From a virus: a stretch of 64,000 nt of DNA. The DNA lies in IMG/VR virus record IMGVR_UViG_3300045988_174371, positions 64,001-128,000 of that record; one strand, written 5' to 3'. The notes below the pieces were generated by a model. The model did not search any database. It had not been told where the DNA came from and saw nothing but the letters and a program-made list of their open reading frames with translations. The position numbers and the translations under genes were made by a program. Every line of letters starts with the position of its first letter. The first letter of the stretch is position 1. Shown in pieces: positions 26,253 through 35,704 of the stretch.

Positions 26253-27176
26253 TTATGCCGCTTCGCCGGATGCCAGCGCATCAAAAGCGCCCACAATCTC
26301 ACACGTACTTGCGATGGACTGCGTGGCAAAGTTGATGAACACTGGCAGGGCGTACATGTCATCAAAGAACAGACCCATCTTGCGGGGTTTTAGTGCGACA
26401 GGCTTATATGCGCCAGAAAAGCACTTATAAGCAGGCGGGTTACCCTCAATGTCTAGCCCTTCACACCCGCGCATAGCGCTCACATAACGACCATACTCAC
26501 CGCTCTCTTCAACTAGCTCCTTAAGTGCGCCTAGAAGCTTAGGTGAATAGGTTTGGCGGAAGTACTTGTCAGAGCGGCGGTCAGGCAAACCTACGCCCGC
26601 GTGGACAGTGATTATCATGTCGTCGTCACGCCCTGGGTCACCCCACACAAGCCAGCCAGCGGTACTTTCAGGGTATGCCGATACTACCGACGTGTTAATA
26701 CCGGGAAGCTCTGCAAGTTCCTGCGCCCGCTTAGGCTGAATAACGTTACCAATGCATTCCACCATGTAGCAGGGCTGGGAGGCGGGGGTGTCTCGCAACA
26801 TGTCCTTTAGTTCAGGGTATACCTGGAGCGGGTTCACGACCCTCACAGGTGAGTTCTTGACTGCGGAGAAGCTGACGAACGGGTCTGCGTAGCTTGCGGA
26901 GTAACAATGAGTTCCCTGCTCTACTAGGGTTTCTGCGATGCCGTGGAAGTAATCATCAAAGCTATTCACGTTGCCGGGAGACTCAGGGGCGATAACCTCT
27001 GCAAGGTACGGGTGGACGGGGAGGACAACGCTCTGTTCCGCATTCAAGGGTGCGTGGACGAATCCGTGGGTGAACCACAGCTTATCGCCCTCCTGGTCGG
27101 CAAACAGTAGCAGGTTTACGGGTACGCCTTCTGAGACATGGGAGAACGTCTCGAAGTCGATAGTGGGGGAAGTCAT
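26253..27176 (-). CDS. hypothetical protein (307 aa)
   Basis: GGAAAGGAG RBS; long ORF. Confidence 0.75.
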   Translation of the reverse strand: MTSPTIDFETFSHVSEGVPVNLLLFADQEGDKLWFTHGFVHAPLNAEQSVVLPVHPYLAEVIAPESPGNVNSFDDYFHGIAETLVEQGTHCYSASYADPFVSFSAVKNSPVRVVNPLQVYPELKDMLRDTPASQPCYMVECIGNVIQPKRAQELAELPGINTSVVSAYPESTAGWLVWGDPGRDDDMIITVHAGVGLPDRRSDKYFRQTYSPKLLGALKELVEESGEYGRYVSAMRGCEGLDIEGNPPAYKCFSGAYKPVALKPRKMGLFFDDMYALPVFINFATQSIASTCEIVGAFDALASGEAA

Positions 27177-27261
27177 TAGGGGCTCCTTTCCTTATTTGGC
27201 GGTTGTATTCTATGGGTGAGTTGTCTCGTGGGTTATCTCACCTCTGGTGGTGTGCTTTCTG

Positions 27262-27561
27262 CTAGTTCTTGCGGTTGAGCAGTTCGTAGCAGTTGTGGAA
27301 GTTGTCAGGCTTGTAGTAGAGCTGGGGGTATCCGCTACTCGGGGCGGTAGAGCGGAGAGCCCAGGTGAACTTACCTCTGTTGCCGGTGGTGTTGGAGGTG
27401 AAGTATGCGTACTTCTGGTCGGTATGGGTGATGGTGACTGCTTCTGCGCCTTCTTCGGTAGCGTCCCAGTTGATGCTTGTGCCGTCTACGGGGAATAGTC
27501 CGATGGTGTCGCCAACTTTCAGGGGGGAGGTGATGCCGTTGTGGATGATTTCATTGCTCAT
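27262..27561 (-). CDS. small hypothetical protein (99 aa) with LKVGDTI beta-barrel-like motif
   Basis: GAAAGGAAC RBS; third gene of a three-gene operon. Confidence 0.7.
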   Translation of the reverse strand: MSNEIIHNGITSPLKVGDTIGLFPVDGTSINWDATEEGAEAVTITHTDQKYAYFTSNTTGNRGKFTWALRSTAPSSGYPQLYYKPDNFHNCYELLNRKN

Positions 27562-27594
27562 GGTGGCGGGTTCCTTTCTTGCGGTCAGCTTTCG

Positions 27595-27897
27595 TTATGC
27601 CTTAAATAGCGATGCGACAGCTTGGTTGATGTGGTTGATGATGCGAGTTTGCGCCTTGTCCTCGTCTTCGTAGTCCCATTCGTTTTCAGCCCAGATGGTC
27701 GGCGCGCGGTTAGTGACACTGTAACCGATGGGTACTTTGGTGAAGCGGACGGTGTACTTGTCGTCGCCGTCTTTGAGTGAGATGGTGAAGCCGCTCTTGT
27801 TGCGCTCTTCAATAGATGCGTTAAGCGTCGGTAGCGCCGTCTGTAGCGCGTCTTTTACTTTGGCGGGTTTGATGGTGTGGTTGATTTCGTAGTGCAT
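27595..27897 (-). CDS. small hypothetical protein (100 aa)
   Basis: CAGGAGGAA RBS. Confidence 0.7.
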   Translation of the reverse strand: MHYEINHTIKPAKVKDALQTALPTLNASIEERNKSGFTISLKDGDDKYTVRFTKVPIGYSVTNRAPTIWAENEWDYEDEDKAQTRIINHINQAVASLFKA

Positions 27898-27928
27898 GGG
27901 TTCCTCCTGTGGTGGGTGAGTGTGGGTG

Positions 27929-28342
27929 TTACAGCTTCACGGTGAAGTCTGGTAGTTGGAATGTGGTGGTAACGTAAAGTGTGCCTGGCGCAAATTCGTT
28001 ATCGTACTCATAGGTGACTTTGGATGCTTTGATAGGCAGTATGTCTGCGGTGATTGACTTGATGAGCTCAGCTTCGATGAAGTCGTTACCTAGGTCAAGT
28101 TTCTTGGTCACGGTTGCAGAGCCACATGTGAAGGTTGCAGGGGCAGTGTTTCGGCTATGGTCGCCGCTAAAGCCTGTCTTCTCGAACGCTCCTCCGGTCA
28201 GCTCGTGCTTCATCTCACCCACGGCGACTAGGTAGACATCTTCACCGCGTTCTAGTTGATGCGTGATGTCTGCGTCGTAGCTTAGGGCTAGGGTGGTAAA
28301 TGATGGGTTGCTGAACTTTATTTCAGCTGAATAGTCTTCCAT
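27929..28342 (-). CDS. small hypothetical protein (137 aa)
   Basis: CCGAAAGGAAC leader; family promoter upstream. Confidence 0.7.
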   Translation of the reverse strand: MEDYSAEIKFSNPSFTTLALSYDADITHQLERGEDVYLVAVGEMKHELTGGAFEKTGFSGDHSRNTAPATFTCGSATVTKKLDLGNDFIEAELIKSITADILPIKASKVTYEYDNEFAPGTLYVTTTFQLPDFTVKL

Positions 28343-28375
28343 GAGTGGGTTCCTTTCGGTTACGATTCATGTTCC

Positions 28376-28405
28376 AGTGTATCACACATATAAAGGTGAT
28401 TGCAG
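28376..28405 (-). promoter_or_regulatory. family promoter (-35 CTGCAA, TGa-TACACT)
   Basis: upstream of the 28342-to-27262 operon. Confidence 0.55.
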
Positions 28406-28527
28406 ACCATATTTAGGTGGCGTACACCACAATGCCCATAGGTCAAGCACTCCGCCTCACATCACCCCTTACATGGTATTCTAAATGAGGTAAACCCATA
28501 AAACTACTACTCCAAGGAGAACCCCTT

Positions 28528-29448
28528 ATGCGCCTTAGGTTTGTGACTGATTACCCTGACATTGGTGACGGTCTGCTCTATATCCGCTATCCCTCTAGCT
28601 CGTCTGATAGACATGATGTGTCTATTGAGCTCTATGAAGTGTCCAGCGCGGATGCGGACGGTCTGCTCTATGCTCGCAGAGTGAGTGATGCGGGCGGGAA
28701 TGACTCGCAGGAAGTTATTACCTTCCGTTATAGAGATGAGAATGTACATATTTATCCGCCTGTAGATGGGGTACTGCTCGCCGCTGTCGGCAAGCCCACC
28801 ACTGCTGAAAAGGCGGGGTTGCCCACTTCCATGTTCTTTATGCACGGCGGGCGCATTACACATGCGGAAGCTAAGATGGCGTACAGTGATGGTGTCGCAC
28901 CCATTCGAGATGGTAAGAACATTCTCTTTTCAGCTGATGCGTGGCGCATGATTGCCGACTATTTCCACCACACTGTGGGTGACGTATATGGTGGCAGGCA
29001 ATTCCTTCATTCATGGGTTCGGTCTAATGCGGCTGTCGCGGTGACCGATGTGCTCACGTGCCCGGTGGATGCAGACTCAGCTCTGCGGGAGTTCCTGTCA
29101 GACCCATATATCACTGACGCTATTTCACTTCATATTGAGCGTGAAAGGGATGCGGATGAGAGCCGCTGGCGGCTTCTCACCCTGGATAGGGGGCTGATTG
29201 AGAAGCAGACCTGCGTCAAGTTGCTTGACGATGCTTATGATGACTATGGTCTACTCACTGCTGAGCTATCGGGGGACGACGTGAAGAAGCGGAGCGTGAC
29301 AAGGTATCTGACTATCTGGTTTGAGGCATTCCTATCACTAGCTAAGGTGGTTGATGAGGACGTTGCGGAAGCCACTGTTCTCCCAGCCGTCAGTAGGGCT
29401 AGGGGTATTATTGCCACCCTAGTTGCCCGCCCCACGTATTGCAAGTAG
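28528..29448 (+). CDS. hypothetical protein (306 aa)
   Basis: AAGGAGAA RBS; TGGTATTCT extended -10 at 28474-28482. Confidence 0.75.
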   Translation: MRLRFVTDYPDIGDGLLYIRYPSSSSDRHDVSIELYEVSSADADGLLYARRVSDAGGNDSQEVITFRYRDENVHIYPPVDGVLLAAVGKPTTAEKAGLPTSMFFMHGGRITHAEAKMAYSDGVAPIRDGKNILFSADAWRMIADYFHHTVGDVYGGRQFLHSWVRSNAAVAVTDVLTCPVDADSALREFLSDPYITDAISLHIERERDADESRWRLLTLDRGLIEKQTCVKLLDDAYDDYGLLTAELSGDDVKKRSVTRYLTIWFEAFLSLAKVVDEDVAEATVLPAVSRARGIIATLVARPTYCK

Positions 29449-29511
29449 CAATACCTCTGCGGGTTTACGCATGTGTATGTGTGGGTAGGGTGGCTGGAGC
29501 GACAGGAATAC

Positions 29512-29540
29512 TAGCAAAGTAGTTCACCTTGTGGTACTAT
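29512..29540 (+). promoter_or_regulatory. family promoter (-35 TAGCAA, 17 nt, TGg-TACTAT)
   Basis: upstream of CDS 29594-30016. Confidence 0.55.
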
Positions 29541-29593
29541 ATTGTTTGTAGGCGGGATTGAATAGCAGTCCCGCATAGAGAAGGAGAGCTATC

Positions 29594-30016
29594 ATGCTTA
29601 CCCGTAAATCTTTTGTCGCCCTGGCTGTCGCTGGTGTTCTGCTCACCGGATGCGCAGGAACCGCCAATACTCACTCGACTCAGGCACCCACTGGAACCAA
29701 TGTGTCTCAGGCGGCAAGTCCGACCGCTTCAGAAACCGCTAAGCAGAAGCAGTACATTGTGCTTTCAGCGCATATGTTCACTCGCACCAATGATAGTGGC
29801 AAGCAGGTCACTATGATTGCCTATACGTTGCGCGGTCAGGATGGTGCTATTTACAGCCACACCATTATTCGTGATGCTGTAAAGGTAGTTGCTGAGGACA
29901 TGGATTACGCTGTCGCTTATGCTACGGACTCCCAGCTGATGCTTGGTGAGGTAACCTTTGTGGTTCCTAAGGATGGCATTGCTCCCAATATTGACTTCGT
30001 GAATATTGCTCACTAG
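29594..30016 (+). CDS. secreted lipoprotein, paralog of 1099-1680
   Basis: GAAGGAGAG RBS; signal peptide with lipobox LTGC; domain aligns with 1099-1680. Confidence 0.8.
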   Translation: MLTRKSFVALAVAGVLLTGCAGTANTHSTQAPTGTNVSQAASPTASETAKQKQYIVLSAHMFTRTNDSGKQVTMIAYTLRGQDGAIYSHTIIRDAVKVVAEDMDYAVAYATDSQLMLGEVTFVVPKDGIAPNIDFVNIAH

Positions 30017-30023
30017 TGACGGT

Positions 30024-30056
30024 GGAAGCCCTGGCAGATTGCTTGCCGGGGCTTCC
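30024..30056 (+). terminator. hairpin terminator
   Basis: GGAAGCCC / GGGCTTCC stem followed by TTTC. Confidence 0.55.
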
Positions 30057-30078
30057 TTTCGTATTCTCACCTAAATAA

Positions 30079-30108
30079 TTGGCATAATAGTTCCAGATGT
30101 GGTAGTAT
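30079..30108 (+). promoter_or_regulatory. family promoter (-35 TTGGCA, 18 nt, TGg-TAGTAT)
   Basis: upstream of CDS 30163-30531. Confidence 0.55.
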
Positions 30109-30162
30109 TATATTGTTATCGAGGGAACCCCTCAATCATACTTCCAGCAAAAGGAGTCTACA

Positions 30163-30531
30163 ATGTTCCAGGCAGAAACCTTCCAGTACCCCACCGAATA
30201 CACCGCCCGCCTTGCAGTGTCAGCCCAGGAAGCCAGCGACTCATTCCTGGAGCACGACTACTACTACATCGACACGCTCGCATACACCCACAATAAAGCA
30301 AAGACTGAATGGGGTATTGAAGCCACCATTGAAGAGCCTTACCACATTGGCGACGAGAAGCCGGAAGGCTGGACTCCCGAAACCCTCACCCTCACCACCA
30401 CTGAACCCCTTAGCGAAGAGCACGCAGAGCTTCTTATGGGCACCCTAGAGTATGTACAGCGTCACGGCATCGAACTTTCCCTCGACCGTGAAGATGACAC
30501 GCTCTTCGTGGATGCCACCTATACCAACTAA
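30163..30531 (+). CDS. small acidic hypothetical protein (122 aa)
   Basis: AAAGGAG RBS; Asp/Glu-rich. Confidence 0.7.
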   Translation: MFQAETFQYPTEYTARLAVSAQEASDSFLEHDYYYIDTLAYTHNKAKTEWGIEATIEEPYHIGDEKPEGWTPETLTLTTTEPLSEEHAELLMGTLEYVQRHGIELSLDREDDTLFVDATYTN

Positions 30532-30541
30532 CACAAGCCAC

Positions 30542-30582
30542 CTGCTACACCCCGCACCTACAACACAGGGCGGGGTGTAGCA
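30542..30582 (+). terminator. hairpin terminator
   Basis: CTGCTACACCCCGC / GCGGGGTGTAGCA inverted repeat. Confidence 0.6.
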
Positions 30583-30613
30583 ATACCACCACCCACCCAC
30601 AGGAAGGCATGAC

Positions 30614-31531
30614 ATGACCATTCTTCAAAAGTATATGATGGGCTCTTCCGCCGCGCTCCTAACATGCTTCCTAACGGCGGCGCTACTAATCGCCATTATT
30701 GCCTCTGTTCGCCGCTATCTTGATGCGCGGGCGGTAAGGAAGGGTTTGGCTTTACCAAGCGGCGCTTCCTCTTGGTTCACCTACGCATACGGTGTCGTAG
30801 CTCTGCTTCACCTAATCATTGCCCTTACTTTGGCAGGGGACAACCAGGACATGTTTGTCACTGTTTTTTGGACGGGTCTAGCAATACCCTTGATGGTACT
30901 AGTCCTCTATCACGTCATTCAAGGCATAGGTAATGATAGTGCCCCTCAGGATGCCCCCAGCGAATCCGACCTCATATCGCAGTATAAGGCGACATACTTC
31001 GACACTCTTCTACTGACTGCAATATGTACTATCTTTGCGACCATTTTTGCCGTCGTCGGTAGCACTGTCTATGAGAGTAAAACGGTCGTTACCGAGGTTA
31101 TAGATGGGCGAGTAGTGGAGTATCGAGGCGAAATTGAACTCACCTCTAACGGTGTAGCTGTCACTATAGCGCCCGCAACGAGTGAATATGAAGAATACGA
31201 CTATGTTTCGAAGAACCATCAGCGGAGGGAAGCTACGAGCACTGTTGCCACCTGGCTTGAGCGTGACTCTAGCGGCTCTGTAAAGACCGTCTCTATCGAC
31301 ACGGGCGGGCGGGGCGGTTTCAACATTGCCGATGACCTACCTGCCGGTGAAGCGCCTTACGTCACCTACACGCCTCAGTACAGCTTGGATAGTTACAGTA
31401 AGCCAGGTGATGCCCTCTGCGTCATGAAGCGTGACACTGGTTGCCCGCTAAATGCACGCCATATCTATGATTCTGTCACGATACATATTCCTGCTGGGTC
31501 TACAGACAGGATGGTGAGCACGAAAGCTTAA
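30614..31531 (+). CDS. membrane protein, paralog family A
   Basis: TM-rich N-terminus; motifs DDLPAGEAPYVTY and IHIPAGSTDRMV. Confidence 0.8.
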   Translation: MTILQKYMMGSSAALLTCFLTAALLIAIIASVRRYLDARAVRKGLALPSGASSWFTYAYGVVALLHLIIALTLAGDNQDMFVTVFWTGLAIPLMVLVLYHVIQGIGNDSAPQDAPSESDLISQYKATYFDTLLLTAICTIFATIFAVVGSTVYESKTVVTEVIDGRVVEYRGEIELTSNGVAVTIAPATSEYEEYDYVSKNHQRREATSTVATWLERDSSGSVKTVSIDTGGRGGFNIADDLPAGEAPYVTYTPQYSLDSYSKPGDALCVMKRDTGCPLNARHIYDSVTIHIPAGSTDRMVSTKA

Positions 31532-31550
31532 CAGTTGCTCCACTGGACAC

Positions 31551-31596
31551 AAATGCACCCCCTAACGCAAGAACTTTCACGTTAGGGGGTGCATTT
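31551..31596. terminator. bidirectional hairpin terminator
   Basis: AAATGCACCCCCTAACG / CGTTAGGGGGTGCATTT 17-bp inverted repeat between convergent genes. Confidence 0.7.
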
Positions 31597-31611
31597 CGTT
31601 AGGGCTGTGTA

Positions 31612-31845
31612 TTACTGACCGCTCTTAATGCGGGCAATTTCAGCTTCTACCGCCTCTTCGCCGCTCTCGTAGCCGTAGTACCTAAGGATTTCGGAGCGAT
31701 AGTAGCAGAACTCATCAGTCAGGCGTAGCTTATAAGAGCTACTCTTTACGAGCTCAGCATCAATAATTTCCCTGAGCGTATCCTCAGGGACGATAAAACC
31801 AATACCTTCACGATAGGTAATATCCTCGATAATGGGTTTGCTCAT
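31612..31845 (-). CDS. small hypothetical protein (77 aa)
   Basis: ATG at 31845 after AGAGGAG. Confidence 0.65.
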   Translation of the reverse strand: MSKPIIEDITYREGIGFIVPEDTLREIIDAELVKSSSYKLRLTDEFCYYRSEILRYYGYESGEEAVEAEIARIKSGQ

Positions 31846-31898
31846 GCGGGTACTCCTCTTTCTCTGCGGCATGAATCATTGGGGTGAATTACCTCTTA

Positions 31899-31928
31899 AT
31901 TATACCACATATTCAATGCTTGCTGGAA
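31899..31928 (-). promoter_or_regulatory. family promoter (TGg-TATAAT, weak -35)
   Basis: upstream of CDS 31612-31845. Confidence 0.5.
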
Positions 31929-31959
31929 ATACTGGCGTGTAGCGTCCGTCACAAGATAC

Positions 31960-33021
31960 CTATATGCCCGCGTAGAAGTTCTTGAGCTCACTACGCACCC
32001 ACTGCACATGACTGATGCTCTTACGCATATCTAGAATCATTTCGGTGATGCGCTTCAAGATGTGGGCGCGGCAACGCTCAGCACTCAAGTACTCAGAGAG
32101 GGTGCCTTCTAGCTCCCAGCGGTAAGGGAGGCATAGCGGCTTACCTTCACCAGCACTAAACATGTCAAGATAGGTGTTTACGAACACCTTTTTCAGAAAT
32201 GCGTCTGTCATGGATTCATGGGTGAGGTACTGCTGAATATCCTGAAAAGAGCCAATGGGGAGAAGTTCTACCGCACGAGAGTAGAGGGAGAAGTTCTTGC
32301 CGTCTACTACGAGCTTGAGGTTGTGGTGGTAGGGGGTGCCTTCAATGTACCCCTCTCGCCCACCCGCAAAGGTTACATATGCACGCCTACTATTGACTGA
32401 CGTAACACGGGCATAACCAAGCTTGTGTCCAACGATAGTATCTTCGGGGTTGAATCGGTAGCGGTAGATGCCGCCGACGTGAAACCTGTTATCGCCCAGG
32501 CGGATGGACTGCTCACCTAGCTCTGGCTTACTGTAGCTAGGTGCTTTAATTACCAGCTCATTAGCGGCTTCCACCTTAGCGAGGTACTGCTTTCGGGTGT
32601 TTTCAGCCCACTCAATCGCCGCGCTAATATCATTCTCAGCGACTTCTAGATAACTGAACATTCTTCGAGTATCTGCTGAGTTAGCTGAAATGAGGGAGGG
32701 TGCATTTAGTAAGCGGGGGTAATTGTACTTGTAATTGCGTAGCGCCTTGAAGTCCTTACTACCTGCTTCTTCATAAAGAATGTCCAGGATGCGTTCACGT
32801 TCGTAATATGTCTCTGCATCTGCTGTGGAAACGTCGGTAGCATACCGGCAGATTTCAGATTCGGGGTTGTTTACCTCACGGGTGAATACTATCCCATCAT
32901 AGTCTTTCACTCTAAGGACTAGCGTATCATTCTGTGAACTGTTACTTTCAGATACGACTTCCTGCACGTGAAGCACTTCACCGCTTCGGCTGATGATAAT
33001 GTCTTGGTGGTTGATTTCCAT
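31960..33021 (-). CDS. hypothetical protein (353 aa), GD-motif modular family
   Basis: internal module YARVTSVNSRRAYVTFAGGREGYIEGTPY matches modules in family D and in 8406-9416. Confidence 0.75.
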   Translation of the reverse strand: MEINHQDIIISRSGEVLHVQEVVSESNSSQNDTLVLRVKDYDGIVFTREVNNPESEICRYATDVSTADAETYYERERILDILYEEAGSKDFKALRNYKYNYPRLLNAPSLISANSADTRRMFSYLEVAENDISAAIEWAENTRKQYLAKVEAANELVIKAPSYSKPELGEQSIRLGDNRFHVGGIYRYRFNPEDTIVGHKLGYARVTSVNSRRAYVTFAGGREGYIEGTPYHHNLKLVVDGKNFSLYSRAVELLPIGSFQDIQQYLTHESMTDAFLKKVFVNTYLDMFSAGEGKPLCLPYRWELEGTLSEYLSAERCRAHILKRITEMILDMRKSISHVQWVRSELKNFYAGI

Positions 33022-33111
33022 TAGGTTCTTTCTTTCTGCTAGGGGTGAGAGTCATGCAGGGGTGTGTCCCAGTTGCTTACCAGGAAACACCCCTGCATGA
33101 GAGTATATGAC

Positions 33112-33798
33112 TTAGGCGCGTTCAGGTACGCTCAGGCGAGCCGTCCACCATGCGGAAACCTTAGAATGGGTTACCTTGATAGCGTCGCCATCCTTGTCCA
33201 ACAGGTGTCCCTGTCGAGGGACTTCACGCCCCTTGAAGAAGACGATATTGCGGACAGTGTTGGCGAAGATGGCAGTAAGCTCTTCCAGTCCTTCGCCTAG
33301 CGCGCCCTCAACGTAGGTTTTGCGGGGTTCCATCCAGCCAGCACCTACCCACCAGGGGATGTGGCATTCGGGGCAATCTCCGGTTCGGTCGTCAGAGTCG
33401 GGCCAGCGGCGGTGGCACATGCCGCTACCTACACGCCAGTATCCGCCACTACTATTGTTCTGGTCAATCGTAATGCAGTCGTAGGAGACGCGGTTGGGGT
33501 TGGTGGTGGGGAAGATGGCATCTCCCCAATGAACCGTATCCGGCTTTTTATCTGCGGTGGCTGAGTCTCGGTAGGCAATGAAGTTAGGGACGTTTGCAAT
33601 CCAGAAAGTTTCCAAGGTCTTATCATGCTCACACTTCTTAAACGAGGGTGCACTGCGAACCAGTTCATCCAGTTCGATAAGACGTTCTTCAAGGTTGGCG
33701 GCATGGGTTTCTAAAATGCTTCGTTCTTCGCCAGGGGTGTATTGCGAGGCGATAGCCTTAGCTTTTGCGGCGAAGCGCTGAATAGTAGTTGCAGACAT
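33112..33798 (-). CDS. hypothetical protein (228 aa) with a Cys/His cluster
   Basis: AAGGAG RBS; CHRRW...CPECH could bind a metal (inference only). Confidence 0.7.
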   Translation of the reverse strand: MSATTIQRFAAKAKAIASQYTPGEERSILETHAANLEERLIELDELVRSAPSFKKCEHDKTLETFWIANVPNFIAYRDSATADKKPDTVHWGDAIFPTTNPNRVSYDCITIDQNNSSGGYWRVGSGMCHRRWPDSDDRTGDCPECHIPWWVGAGWMEPRKTYVEGALGEGLEELTAIFANTVRNIVFFKGREVPRQGHLLDKDGDAIKVTHSKVSAWWTARLSVPERA

Positions 33799-33863
33799 AT
33801 GTAACGTCTCCTTTTTAGGGGTTTATGGGGTCGGGTATGATGTGCCCATCTGATTACAGTAAT

Positions 33864-33893
33864 AATGTACCACATATTTACTATGCAGTACAA
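33864..33893 (-). promoter_or_regulatory. family promoter (-35 TTGTAC, TGg-TACATT)
   Basis: upstream of CDS 33112-33798. Confidence 0.55.
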
Positions 33894-33940
33894 GAAGGCA
33901 TCCACCTTACTCTTCTTGAAATATTTAGTCCACCCATAGT

Positions 33941-33970
33941 TTGCACTACCCATAAAATCTGTGGTACACT
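33941..33970 (+). promoter_or_regulatory. family promoter (-35 TTGCAC, 18 nt, TGg-TACACT)
   Basis: upstream of CDS 34036-35211. Confidence 0.6.
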
Positions 33971-34035
33971 TATTTTGTGAGCGGGTAAGACACTCGCAAA
34001 CACCATCAAATCATCTCCCGAAAGGAACTTACACC

Positions 34036-35211
34036 ATGCAGTCCCTCAACTTTGAAACCATGAACATTGGCGACATCGTACTGACCAACCCCAAGCTGAA
34101 GTGGCACAACATCGGCAACTTGGGATTGTTTACTGACATGTACATTGTTCAGTCCGTAGATGCTACTAACCGCGCCGTCGTACTCTCGAAGGCAGACAGC
34201 ACCTCCACCAACCTGCTTGTCGCCACCGACGACAACCAGTTCACCCTCACCCCTATGGACGTTGAAGACCCCCAGCCTATTGCTGAGGTGTTCCAGATGT
34301 CACACGATGAGGCTGTGGATATGCGTCTGAGCGAGCGAATCATTTCTGAGCACCTACTGGGAGTTCACCTTGAGTCGCGCCATGACTCCATGCTCCCCCT
34401 CCCTGTAAGTGAGTTCATTGAGAGCTTCTACAAGGAAGCACACTCCCCCGAAAAGGGTACCAACAGCTACATTTCGGACATTACCACGGGCTACCAGATG
34501 ATGCGTCAGCTCATGGATACTGTTCGCGACATGTGCGACAAGGAGTCTGCAAAGGAAACCCGCCTCCTCAACTCCATTATCGAAGAGTCCCGCAAGGCAT
34601 ATGCTCAGATTATGGAACTAGTACAGGAAGCCAACATTGAGTACACCTACAGCGAAGACGTTGCCCTCCTCACTGCTCGGCGCCCGTACAGCATCCCCCG
34701 AGCCTTCCGTGTAGGAACCTCCATCATGCGCGAAGATAAGTCGTACACCATCAGCCGCGTATCTGCTACCCGCGCACACGTCACCGACAACACCGGCGAA
34801 GAAGTCGGCTACATTAGCTCCAGCAAGGCAGACGGACTCAAGTTCACCAACAAGAAGTCCTCTACTGTGGACAAGCTTTACCGCGAATACGGCGACTACG
34901 CCACCTACCCGGCTTCCACCCCCTCCGAAATGGACAAGCTCCATGACCTCACCTGGAAGGTAATCGAAATTGTAGAAGAACACCACCGCAAGATGCAGAG
35001 CATGATTCGAAACGCCAACTGCACCCGCGTAAGCGACTACGGACGCATTGCCAACCACAACACCTACCATGTATCCACTCTCTCCGCCGCCATTGGTCAC
35101 GTTCAGGACTTCGTGAACGCCGCACAGAAGCTCCAGGGCGAACTGACGGACAGTGGCGAGGAGTTCTTCTTCAAGGCAGAACGCCTCATCCGCAAGGCAT
35201 ACGGCAAGTAG
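34036..35211 (+). CDS. hypothetical protein (391 aa), paralog family D
   Basis: ATG at 34036 after CCGAAAGGAAC; paralog of 22359-23531. Confidence 0.8.
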   Translation: MQSLNFETMNIGDIVLTNPKLKWHNIGNLGLFTDMYIVQSVDATNRAVVLSKADSTSTNLLVATDDNQFTLTPMDVEDPQPIAEVFQMSHDEAVDMRLSERIISEHLLGVHLESRHDSMLPLPVSEFIESFYKEAHSPEKGTNSYISDITTGYQMMRQLMDTVRDMCDKESAKETRLLNSIIEESRKAYAQIMELVQEANIEYTYSEDVALLTARRPYSIPRAFRVGTSIMREDKSYTISRVSATRAHVTDNTGEEVGYISSSKADGLKFTNKKSSTVDKLYREYGDYATYPASTPSEMDKLHDLTWKVIEIVEEHHRKMQSMIRNANCTRVSDYGRIANHNTYHVSTLSAAIGHVQDFVNAAQKLQGELTDSGEEFFFKAERLIRKAYGK

Positions 35212-35228
35212 CCACAACACACAATATC

Positions 35229-35262
35229 TCACCCCCTCCCAGAAAGCCCTGAGAGGGGGTGA
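35229..35262 (+). terminator. hairpin terminator
   Basis: TCACCCCCTC / GAGGGGGTGA inverted repeat. Confidence 0.6.
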
Positions 35263-35299
35263 AATGCATCCCCGCATATAGTTTTACCCAAGAGAACTA

Positions 35300-35330
35300 A
35301 AAAGCCCCTAGAGGGTCACTCTAGGGGCTT
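35300..35330. terminator. second hairpin terminator
   Basis: AAAGCCCCTAGAG / CTCTAGGGGCTT inverted repeat. Confidence 0.6.
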
Positions 35331-35704
35331 CTAGGCACATTCTCAGACGGGAACCTTGCATGGCTATGCGCTACTATGCACCACGACGCAGACAGGCAAC
35401 CATTCGGCATGGGGTTATGCGAGAGATGGTAACTACCCACATGTCACCCAGTAGCCACCATCAAGTACTATAGACACCCCCCTGCAAGGCTTGTAAGCCC
35501 AGCGGCAACTCATAAAAGCCGCCCCTCCCTATGGCAGACATTCCGCTTTGACCTCAAGTGTTTGGGGTTCCAGGGTGCATAGCTTGAGTGCCTTGCAGTA
35601 GGTAATCCTTGAGCCACACACAGGCATTACTTATGCGTTGCATGTGGCTCTGGCGGAGTAAGTATTAGTAATTCCTCTTTCGTTATGATTGTTTATGGGG
35701 CGGC

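Noticed and set aside
34618-35277. 219-aa minus-strand ORF
   Set aside because: It is antisense to the well-supported 34036-35211. It is Gly/Val/Ala-rich shadow sequence with no translation signals.
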